64,000 bases of DNA from Bugula neritina (taxonomy: Eukaryota; Animalia; Bryozoa): the NCBI GenBank assembly GCA_964035545.1, contig OZ037765.1, forward strand, positions 3,162,001 to 3,226,000. Reading direction: 5' to 3'. This document shows positions 42,398 through 54,200 of this stretch, piece by piece (positions within the stretch are counted from its first letter, which is position 1; every line of letters begins with the position of its first letter). The notes under the pieces are model-generated. The model saw only the letters and a list, made by a program, of their open reading frames with translations. It ran no database searches and had not been told where the DNA came from. The translations under genes and the position numbers were made by a program.

Positions 42398-42478
42398 GCC
42401 TCTACCTGGATTTGAGTCACAGACCTCTGGTCTTGCAATCAGGCGCACAGAGGCTGCTGGCTTAATTCAACACTACAT
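42398..42478 (-). mobile_element. Degenerate tRNA-like SINE head on the opposite strand
   Basis: Minus strand reads ...GCGCCTGATTGCAAGACCAGAGGTCTGTGACTCAAATCC..., resembling an anticodon arm, variable loop and degenerate B-box. Confidence 0.35.
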
Positions 42479-45167
42479 TTTAATGTGATAGTAGACTCCA
42501 ATAACTTTATTTTTATTAATAAATTTAGACGGATTCAATTGTCAAAGGTGACAGAACATAACTTATCACGTCAATTGCATCATAGAAATTAAGCACATAT
42601 AGCAAAAAGATTGTAGAAGTTATATATTATAGAAGAAGAGACGAAAATCAGTGCTGCAATTCTGCTTATATATAATATTTTGCCATAACGAGGTCAAACA
42701 AACATGTCATAGAGTCTGTGATTTATTTCCACATGATTTTTGGCTATTAAAAATTCTAAATGTTCACATAAATTTATGTGCTAATTCAATGGCCAAGTCA
42801 ACAAATGATAAATTGGTCAAATTATTTGTAGTCCTTAAAAAGTAGATTCAAAAGGGTGGAAGACTATTTATAAACTGATGGAGCATCTATTCAGACTGGA
42901 TATATTGTATCCATGCAGAGTCTTAAACAATAAAGACTGACAGCTCATTTAAATTTAAAGGTAAGTACATTAGTGTATTTAAATATTTCACCCTCAGGTA
43001 ATATAGTTTTATATAATGGCTGAGTGTAATTAAAAAATGCTTAAAATGTGTTTATTTTACATCCTAAGTATTAAATTCAGTTTTAAACTGCTTTACTTGG
43101 ATTTAGCTTTTTTGATTTCTAACTCGAAGAATGTATGTATAGACTTTTAAGTTTGATTATTATATTATAATAAAATAGGTGCCAATATATTGTGAATGTA
43201 CAATAACACTTTTTTCCATTTATGCTATGTTACATAATATCACACTATTCTGCTTTAACTGAACAAAAATCTATCAAAGGATATTTTATTTTGCTTATTT
43301 CATACAATTCAATTAAATACTTTTATAGGGTAATTTTTGTTGTAAACAAAATCGATTTGTTAATTTAAATATTAATTGCACTGCTTGCTAATTTTTCAAA
43401 GAATTTACCCAACACTAATTGTGACAAGGTCATGCATTCAAACAATTTGAAATAATTTCAGATTTTTTATCCAAATGAGAAAAAAATGTGAATTTTCAGT
43501 TAGGTAATTTGTATACTAACTAGAGTTTATTGTAATAAGTTACATAATATAACTATGAATATACTGTGATGGAATGGCTTCACCAATTGTGTCAATAAGT
43601 ATTAATTTTGAAACAAAATTATTAATCTTTTGCTAAAATCTCTACTTTGAAAGTGTGTGTTTCCTATTTTAATTACTGTTTTCAAAGCAATAAACTGGTT
43701 TTATCTTAATACAAATTGTAAGAAATAGGAATTATGATATAGCAGAAAACTCATAATCCCACTGTTGTTGGGTACTGCGCCCATTACATTCATTATTAAG
43801 ATTTTTTTTAAATTCTGTTATATAGCTAACATTTTAGACATAATTTTACATGTCATTTAAAAAATTCCCCGAAGTCAAGTACTCTGCAAAACCTTTATTT
43901 TAGCAAATCTAAATTACAGTACATTAAGGGGAATAATATTGCTAATATGTAGTGTAATAAAGTTTATTAGAGACTGTATAGGTTTTTATAGGTACTTGAT
44001 AGATATTGGAGAGATTTAGAGCAGCCATGGTCTAGACTCTATAGAGTCTAGACTCTAGAGCAATGCCACTCATATTTTAAACCACTCATCATGAGGGGAA
44101 TCCCCTTTACTCTTTGCAAGCTCTTTTTAATATGTAATTATTCTCCCTTGATGTAAATTCTAACTAATAAATCACTAAAATTGATCAAGAATCTGCAAGT
44201 AGAAGATTTTTCTATTGTCACTTGATAGTTGGTGGTTACTGGTTACATAAATTTAAAAAAACGATTTAAGAATACCAGAAACCGCGGTTGAAGAGGAAAA
44301 TTGAGTTGAGTCATCAGCTCTAGCATGTGAAACACTGAAATTCTGATGCTGCTAACAACTATAATAAAATATAATGCAGAGTTAAATATAATACATATAA
44401 TGGAATAATGCATGTATTTTAAAATATATACGGTATAAAATAATATTACCTATATAGCCTAAAAAAATAGTAGAATAAAATTATTATAAAGCTTATAATG
44501 CAATATATATTTTAAGGTTATTAAATGCATGGTAATAAAATTTAATCTGATTGTATAATTAATTCTTTTTTTGCAGAGTAAAATAAATCCTCAAAGATTG
44601 CCGACAGACACTTTTGTAATTTTGTTAACTTGAGCAGATTATGTTTTGTTTCATAAATTATACCAGATTTGAACAGTTTTGGCAATATTCGCATATTTGT
44701 GTTAACAATCTGATGACATATTTCAATGGTGATATGTTCATGGCTAATAAGTAGGTTATATCAGACAAGATTATGAAATCAAATAACAGATCAAAACACC
44801 AGTTTAAAGCCATTATGGCTCAAGATAAAAGAGCAGTGAGTCAAAAGAAATATTGGAGCAAAATATCAATAAGTCAGGTTGAATGACATTTGATTTTGAT
44901 TACTCTTCACCTTGAAGATAAGTTAGTTGGATTGCATTAAGTTTACTTAAAAGCTTTGGGCAAACTTTAAAAGCTCTGATTTTTTTATTTCAAACTATTT
45001 GACTTTTTTCTGTGGGAAAGGTAGATTATTGTTATTCATTCTACCTAACACTGTGACCAGGTATTACCAGTAAAAATAAATCATTCTAAAGATTTTCCTT
45101 CATGTTCATCATTAGAATTGTATGTTTGCTATAGCATTCAAACTTGCTTTAACTTGTAGCGAATGAA

Positions 45168-47119
45168 ATGGACTTAGTGTTAAACTATGCTGACAATGCT
45201 GTTTTCAATGACCTATATGACACCTGTTGGGACTTGCCACAAGATAACATATGGAGACAGTACTTCAGTCTGTACACAATCTCATTGGTTGCTGGGATGT
45301 CTCAGTACATTATACTGGCTTCTCTCAGCTACCAGTTTCTATTTGACAAGAAACTTCTAAATCATCCATTCATTTTAAAGGTTACTTTTATCCCGAAGTC
45401 GGGGCTAAGGATTTTTGTGATTTTAATGTAACTAGTTTTAAAACTGTATTCTATCAAAAATGCATATTTTTTGTGTTATATTTTATATATAGGGGATTTT
45501 GAGCAAAGTTTTTTTATGCCTACCTTGAAATGGACGACTCTATTGTATGTACTTCTTACAGCTTACTTTTTGACATGACTATGAGCTGGGTAACTTTTTG
45601 TAATTTTATTGTTATGTTGTTAGAATCAGATATCTAAAGAGATAAAGCACTCCATCTGCTCCATACCTTATATACTTATTCCAACTGCAGCCATATTCGT
45701 GGTTGAAGTAAGAGGTTACTCCAAGCTCTACTATGACATACAGGCAGATGGACTGGGTAGGTAAACTCCGTGTCATTCACAAACTGAAAGTGCTGTTTAT
45801 ATCTACTAGTCACAATGTGAGCATTAATTAAGTGATAAAATGACTTTCAGCTTATAGCAGCTTTTGGTCTTTTAAAGCTGTTGGTTTTTATAACTTTGTA
45901 TTTGTATTGAGTTAACTCAGTTTTATAAGTTAATTGTATTATTCTCTTACCTCTCTAATGTAAGTAATCTGTTGGGCTCAGAAGCTTATAATATTTTGGT
46001 ACTTAAGCTTGAAATTTTTATTAGCCAAATAAATATTCCTTTATTTCAGTACTGTAGTAGTATTTACTATAATGAAGTAACGTTATAGTAAAGTTACTAG
46101 CTGTATATTAAAAAGAAATTTTCTAAACTGCCATGTTTCTCCTAATTCAAACACTTAATTGATACGATTTTCCAAGACTTAGTACAGAACTTATCAACAT
46201 ATTATCAGTAAAACTACATGGAGTAGCTTGAATAATAAACTTGAACAATTTAAGAACTCGCCACTCAGTCCTATAGACTTGAATTTTCTTTTGTATCATG
46301 ACTTGACTAAATGGTTACTCATTAATTCAACGTGCTATAACTGCTGCTAAACTTGTTTACTTAAATTAGGCAATATAAGTGCGGAATTCTTTTTACCTTC
46401 TTAACTTTCTATGACAATTTTTAGGTTGGTTTGCAATACCACTAGAAGTTGTATCCTTCATTTTGTTTACGGATTCCATGATCTACTGGATACACAGAGG
46501 GTTTCACCATAGGCTGATTTACAAGCATATTCACAAGGAGCATCACATGTAGGTTCATATACAATATACTCAATACTTGAGCAACATTTATGGTATTACA
46601 TTCTCTTCACTCAAGCTTATTAGCCATTAGTATATTATATACAGTATTTCGTGTCATAATAATATAATACTAACAGAAATTAGTGTCTTCTGATAAATTT
46701 GCTGTATTTTTTAAAAACCTCCTGTTTGTTGTAGGATAAAGATACCCACGCCATTTGCAAGCCACGCTTTCCACCCTATAGATGGATTCATAACAGGCCT
46801 TCCCTACCACATCTATCTCTTCCTCTTCCCCCTACACAAGGTAACTTACCTCATCATGTTTATCTTTGTGAATCTGTGGACAATCTCAATTCATGATGGC
46901 AATTGCAAAGTTCCAAACATAATGAAGCCGTTTGTCAATGGATCAGCCCACCACACTGATCACCATCTCTTCTACAACTACAACTATGGACAGTTCTTCA
47001 CTTTGTGGGACAGAATTGGACAGTCTTTCAGGACTCCCTCAGCATGGGACGGTGACAGCCCTCTCGCACAAGTCCTGCAAAATGGTAGTGGGAAGGCTAA
47101 TGGGCATAAGGCTGAGTAG
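45168..47119 (+). CDS. SC5D: Lathosterol oxidase-like / sterol-C5-desaturase, copy 2 (284 aa, divergent tandem paralog)
   Basis: Exons 45168-45380, 45624-45756, 46425-46548, 46735-47119 (855 nt, intact, same intron positions and phases as copy 1). His boxes HRGFH, HKEHH and HHTDHH are retained. Confidence 0.9.
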
Positions 47120-47589
47120 AAACAGTACAAAAATTAATGTGCAACATCAACGCTTTAAAACTGATTATTTGAATTGTTGTGGTTTGTCAAAACCGAATAT
47201 GCACTACCCACTTCAGTAGTGATAGAGCTGCAATTAGTTATGTGAATACTAAGTTATTTGAATGCTAACTAATATATGTAATAATATGTTTATAGATAAG
47301 CCAAATTATATTTATAAGCATAAGTTATATAAGAGTTCTTTCCTCACACAAGTCCTAAGTGCAGCTATTATTAGCAACCAGGACTGCAAAATATGTAAAT
47401 ATAAATATTACAGGAAAACTAAATCAATAACTTTCAATATTTGTGAATATGTCTATATATTTTCTATTCTTGTCATTTGTTTTTGTTGTCTCAGATGTTG
47501 TGAAGCTCTGCAGTATATAATATACAATCTTATACTTTGTACAAAGTCCATTAATTGGTACATTATGTTATAGTAGCATAAAGGTATAA

Positions 47590-47591
<2 letters not shown>

Positions 47592-47676
<85 letters not shown>

Positions 47677-47725
47677 GTAGTATGATAGTATCATACACAT
47701 TGGGTTTTGCAACCATAATTAAACA

Positions 47726-47806
<81 letters not shown>
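47592..47806. repeat. Two adjacent (TA)n microsatellites (47592-47672, 47728-47806)
   Basis: Pure TA runs separated by about 55 bp. Confidence 0.95.
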
Positions 47807-47810
<4 letters not shown>

Positions 47811-48390
47811 TATAATTTTGGGTAGTTGGTTTGTTGGGATTGTATATCAGATGAGTTTTACTCACCAGCAAGTTACCTTTAGGCTTCTCCAAGTTACAGG
47901 TTGCATATAGCTATAATAGCATATAACTATAAGAGCATATAGCTATGATATGCTATTATAGCTATATGCAGCTTAAATAACTCTCTGCAGCTTTTTATAC
48001 TTGATCAATACACTTAATACAATATACATAAACAACACAAAATTGTACAAACCATATATTTACATGCAAATTTGTTACAAGACAGGTGGATTACTGTATA
48101 TACTATTAGCTGACAAGGCACTTTATTGAGCATTTTATACTTCAGCACTAATTAAAAGTATTTATACAGAAATGTTAAAGTTGCACACGTTATATAAGTC
48201 CAGGTATAACCCGGTCATCCAGGGACCTGTAAAGTCAATTATTTACAGAAATGAGATAATGCCAACAGCTGACATTACACAGCTTGCAATATACAACACG
48301 GAGCTGTACATATAATTAAGTAGGACAACCACCATCTATCAGTGCACTACTGCACTTCAGACATTAAGAGTACATACAGTCAAACTAACT

Positions 48391-50786
48391 ATGTTGTTCC
48401 TAGCTGCTTTTGGTGCATGTTTCATAGGTAAGTCTGTATTCAGAAAGATAGAGCATAAAAAGGATTGTTTGAGATACCGCCTTATATTACGTTGAAGTAA
48501 CGTGTGATAATTTGTGCTTTGCATGTTGTGAATTATAATATATTATTGAAAAGTTACAGGTGTGTTTTCTGTGGGCATACAGTCACCTCGAGGCTGATTG
48601 GAAGTTGTTTATATTTTCTATTATTAAATGCAAAAGTTTTGAATTGATTTTCTTCAAAGATTCAAGCATTGCATATTATATTAAAACATTTAACGGTGCC
48701 ACCTCTAATCCAATATGAGGAAGAAGTATTTTAATCTATATAGACAGCCAATCAACATTTTGCTACCTATAAATCATGAGACAAAACACCTCTGACATTG
48801 ACATTTGATCTATATTGTTATGATGAATCCACTCATTAATTGCTCCTAAAATAGAAGTTCGAAATGTACTTTTCAACAGTAATTATCAATAACTCAATTT
48901 CTTCAATAAGTGGCTGTAAAACCTTTTCAACTTCCTAGTTATTCTGAAGAAAATTAAAATTGAACATGTTTAGCACTATTGAGTGTAGTGAGACCATGTA
49001 CAAATATAATATTATACATATTATACAATAGCATGTTGAGTTAATATTATAGTGACTTGTTGCAGGACTGGTCTTTGGAGAAGACCCTGTGAGTCTGACT
49101 CTACCAATCCAGTACATAACTGAGAACCAGCAGACTCTAGACCGAGCCAATGATGTCCACATACTAATTGCCAGTCTCAACTGCCCTTCTTTGGTCGGCG
49201 CTTCTGTAGACATCTGTGCAGAGCTCCCCAACAACTGGAAATGGAAACCAGAACGTGGTGTGGTGTACATCAACGTATATGACAATCTCGCTGACACAAA
49301 TGATGTGAGTGTTACAGTCATTGGTGTGACTTCTTGCACTGGAGGTGGCTAAGTTCCCAATTAAAGTTTAATGTAACACTTTTTTGCAAGAAGGCAGATG
49401 TTCATGTTGATTACTTCTAACAATATATGCCAAATATTGGAAATTGCAAGTAGCTGCTATACTCTGCACATCTAACTCAGACATGACATCATATCCTGTT
49501 TGTATGAATCATATATTTACAGCTCTTTGTTTTAGTTTCATTCACTTCCTTCTATAGTTGAGCAACTTTCCAACTGTAACTTCCTTGTGGTTTATAAACA
49601 CATCAAGACCATTGGAACTTCTTCAATAATCCCAACCACCACAATAATATAGAATCCTTTCTAATATAGTCTTTGATTTGACACCCTGAATTTACCTTAG
49701 CATTAATTGGAAGAGTGTGTTAGAAATGGACATAAAAGGAAGCAGCTTCTGCTACCCCCTTCATAAAATATCTATTATTTCTTACTGAACACGTATAATG
49801 GCAATTTTCAGTGATAAAACAGTTTTTTAGTAAAGTATCAGTCAGGGAGAGTGATGTTTGTGTTGTTTTGAGTGATTTACATATTATATTTCTAGCTTAG
49901 TAAAGCCAAGTGGAGCAATGGTAAGCCAGGAACAGGGATGGAGCCACAGAATAAATGTATCAATATCACAAGATGGCCTGGCCAAGGTGATTTGTATGTT
50001 AGGATTGATCCTGATCGCTACTACCCTATTACATACACCCTCAGTGCCTTAGTAACTCCTGTACCTGCGCCAATGCGAGGCCTTTATACACCACTTCCTA
50101 GACCTAGCCAGGTAAAACACTGCTTACATTTCTAATACAAAATTATATTAGCTTAATACTTATTATGTAGGCTACATATTTTGTTGGCCTTGCCAGTGGT
50201 AGACACAACAGATTTGAGCCTAGTTAGTATTGTAAAATTCAGATTTGAGAATATAACTTTTTAGACTTCGAAAAATTATCTGGGTAGATTAAAAAATTGA
50301 AAATAAATAAAGCAAATATCAAAATTCATGACTCATCTACTCTGCATCCTATATAAACTTAACGTTTTGCAGATTGTCACCGCTCCAGTAAATGCTGCAG
50401 AACTGATAAACCCCCAGACAACAAAACAGATATATTTGATCCCCACATCAATCACTACTAGCAGCCTTGAGCTAGAGTTTGACCACGAGATGCTAGTGAG
50501 CTTAGATGTCTGTGTTGATCCTATCAGACAAGCCCCCCATTTCCAAACCTCCCTCATCGTAGAAGGTGGCACACTGACACAGTTTCTCTGCGACAGATTG
50601 CCCTGTAATGTGAACAGTCACAATGTCAAGTGCAGCGTAGAAACCCCTTTACCTGTCAGCACCTGTGACTATCAGCTCCAACCTGGGCAGCCTAAGTCCT
50701 ACATCTACCTGCACGCGGCCGGTGGCGAGAAAAATGCAAGTGGAAAGTACGTAACAAAGTTTTCAGTTGGTGTAGCCATGAGATAA
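48391..50786 (+). CDS. Uncharacterised secreted Cys-containing protein (~301 aa), paralog A
   Basis: Exons 48391-48427, 49066-49304, 49896-50111, 50373-50786 join in frame (906 nt). N-terminus MLFLAAFGACFIGLVFG|EDP looks like a signal peptide. The last two exons align with the paralog at 62794-63563 with identical intron positions. AATAAA at 50805-50810. No family recognised. Confidence 0.8.
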
Positions 50787-51236
50787 GTGGCAAATGCTAG
50801 TATAAATAAAGGAATCATAGCTAATAGTTAGAATGTGATTTATTTCATTTCAATATGGATATTGATAACATGTTACAAGCAAAATAAAATAACAGTGACA
50901 TAAAAATGAGTGCTGATAAACAAAAGAAAATAATTGAAATGCACTGAAATTTTATCAACAAAATTTACAACAGCAACATTGTCTACATGTAATTCATCAA
51001 CAAAAATTCTACAACACTTTGCAACGCCAAAATACAGCATGACTCACATTTTCCAATCTAACATTATATAATAGAATCACGTGTACTTGAAGTGTAGAGT
51101 AAATATAATAAGGAGATTGGAGACCATAGAGGAGTATATGATACATGTAGATCTGAATTGGGCATACAGCACACACAGTATACCTGTCAAAAATTACCTA
51201 CAATTTACCTGCGACTAAATGCATGGAATGCTGGAA

Positions 51237-54200
51237 CTACAATTCTATATGCTCATCTTCAGCCTTTTTAGAATCTAAAAATAGTAACAAATCACACTGT
51301 TATGCTGTTATGGAGAGTGAAGACACTAGCTGTAAAGCAGGGTAACATATGTATGACATACCATTGTCTAGCTGAAGAGTTTCCTCCTCTTTCTTATTGT
51401 CTATATCTTCTGAAGAGGGATTCACAGGTGGAGATGACTCCTGGGTTTCAGGCTCTTCGGACTCTTCAGCTTTAGAGTCTCCAAGTGTTTCAGTATCTAC
51501 AAAAATAAAATAACACCATTACTCTTCCTATCACCACTACTACTACTACCACTACTAGTAGCCTACTGCTACTACAGCCATCAGCCCTAATGCAGCTGCA
51601 GCTAATAACACTGCCACTACTACTAACACTATTCAAGACTACTAGTTTAGTACTAATACTTTCACTGTTACTATGAGTATACCACTTTATAACTAACCAG
51701 GAGATGGTATTGTATTTTCTTCACTAGTACTCTTGGTTTCACTGTCACTAGGAGTAGTGCCATCACTAGCACTAGTCGCCTCTTCACTGTCTTTAGAGGT
51801 GCTATTTGACTTGGTACTGTTGCTGTCTTTTATAGTTACTTTAGGTTTCTTTGGTTGCCACATCTTTGCCTTGTTTATCAAATACTTCACTTCTCTGTCC
51901 AACGCGGATATCTTGGCGACCACTTCGTCCACAGTGTAAGCTGGAGTGTCAGTGGGCAATTTCTTCTTCTGTTGTTCCTTCATCAGCCTCATCCAGTCAG
52001 CTGACTCTGTAATCAACATACATGCAGTCCAGATACCCATCTGTGAGAGTTACTATACAACTACTGGTTATTTCTATAACTTCCTACACACAACACCTGA
52101 TAGTTACCAACTCAAATTGAATCTTTATCAAAACAAAAGCATCCCAGTTTAAATGGCATTCTCTGGTTTTCAATGCAGTGGTCAGACTACCATTCAGCTG
52201 ATATCACACATTCAGCTGCACACTGTACACGGGGAAGAGGCACGAAAAGGAAGTGAGCAAACAGCTGCAGCAGAGGCACTGATAACAGTTTATCTGAACC
52301 AGGGGTGGCAGTTATAATGCAGAGTGTTTAGTAGCGCCTGCGGGCCCAGGCAGAATAATCAAGTATTTTTTCACCAAATCATACCATTCAGAAAGAAGAA
52401 ACTAAAGCGAAATTCATAGTTTGTTTTTCTCAAAATCTTTTAGAATTATAAAAAAATTTAGAGGTTAGTTGAAAGACTTAATTTTTAATTTCAACACAGC
52501 AGTGAATACAATACTTTCAACACAATTAATCTACAGTTTAAACTCTACTGCATCAGTTACCACACACAGAGCTACTACAGTAACTAGACTACTGTTACCA
52601 CACACACACAGCTACTATACTAGCTAGACTACTGTTACCACACACACAGCTACTACACTAACTAGACTACTGTTACCACACACAGCTACTACACTAACTA
52701 GACTACTGTTACCACACACACAGCTACTACACTAACTAGACTACTGTTACCACACACAGCTACTACACTAACTAGACTACTGTTACCACACACACACAGC
52801 TACTACACTAACTAAACTACTGTTACCACACACCATTGTACAGAGTCTCCAGGGTGCCCAGCTCCACGGCAGTGAAAGGCCCACCTCCCTCCTCATCCAG
52901 AATGCCGGAGGTGAAGTTCTTCATGCTCTTCAGCATGTACTTGGTGTGGTTGAGGGTGGACTTGAGGGCCTCCATAGCCCTCGGTCTCTCCTTTGATTCG
53001 GCTACCCTCTTGAACAGCCCCTTCACTAGTTTCTTAGCCTCAGACAACTTGTCTTGAAACTCCTTCAACACCAGAAGCATAAACTAGATTAGGGAGCAAA
53101 GAGGTCTAGAGACTCGTCACAGGAGATACACAATAACATTGACTGGTCTCACGAAGATGTCATAATACTAGGAGAGAGTTACTTCGTATTCACAATGTAA
53201 CTGAGACCTAAAGCCACCAGTAGAATAAATTATCGCTGCATTATTTTTCCAGGGCAACACAAGTTTTCAATAATAAATTTGCTTATGATTTTTCAACTGA
53301 ACAATTTACCTGTATGTACACTACACTCTCTAAGTTGATATTAAGTGTAACGACTAATACCTGGTGCAATGCTAAGTGCACTTACTTCTACTAGCTAGTG
53401 TATTGTACTTACTTCTACTAGCTAGTACATTACACTTACTTATACTAGCTGATGATATACTCACCGAGAGGCGTGGCCACACTCACCGAAAGAGGCGTGG
53501 CCACACTCACCGAGAGAGGCGTGGCTACACTCACCGAGAGAGGCGTGTCCAGAGGCTGCTCCTCATACCAGTCAATAATGGCTGAGAGTTTCTCCCTGAT
53601 CTCTTCTCTCTCCTCCTCCGTAGACACCGCCTCGTATTCCTCCTCGTACAGCTTGTTCTTCACGTCGTAGCTGAACGACTCCAGTTCGTTCTTCACGGCA
53701 GCCAACTTCCTTTTCTCCTCATCCTTTTCAGTCAGTCCAATGAGTCTAACAAAGTGTTTATACGACATAACCAGGGAAAACGAGATAGTACTTGTCAGAT
53801 AATTCATATTATAAAACAGCTGCTTATTGACAATACAACAATTGTGAAGAACACAATTCCAGTGTCGACAGCAAAATATGTTTAGCAATTTCATATTGTA
53901 AGTTCAACTCAGGTCAACCAATTCTTGTTCCAACACCAGACTTACACTCATTTTTATGTATTCAAAAGTCTTAACAAAGATAAAAATCGAAAAGCACTAA
54001 TTAATAATGCAGAAGTAGCAACCAACACCTGAATGGAATACTAGACATGTAGAGCCATGCTACCTTACTAAAGGGATGCAGACTGACTTACAGCTCCTTA
54101 GAAGCCTTGACGTGTTCGGAATCAGGTTCCTTGCTGTCTAGAAGAGTGACCTTGGAGCTGATTGGTCTCTTAATGGTCACAGGTTTAGGCTCAGACTTGG

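Larger units (their letters stand above)
39063..44237. repeat. Dispersed inverted repeat pair (39063-39201 and 44093-44237)
   Basis: A 43-bp core TTAGTGATTTATTAGTTAGAATTTACATCAAGGGAGAATAATT (39125-39167) is exactly reverse-complemented near 44136-44178; weaker similarity extends outward; each copy ends inward in AGGGGA(T/A)TCCCCT. Confidence 0.8.
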
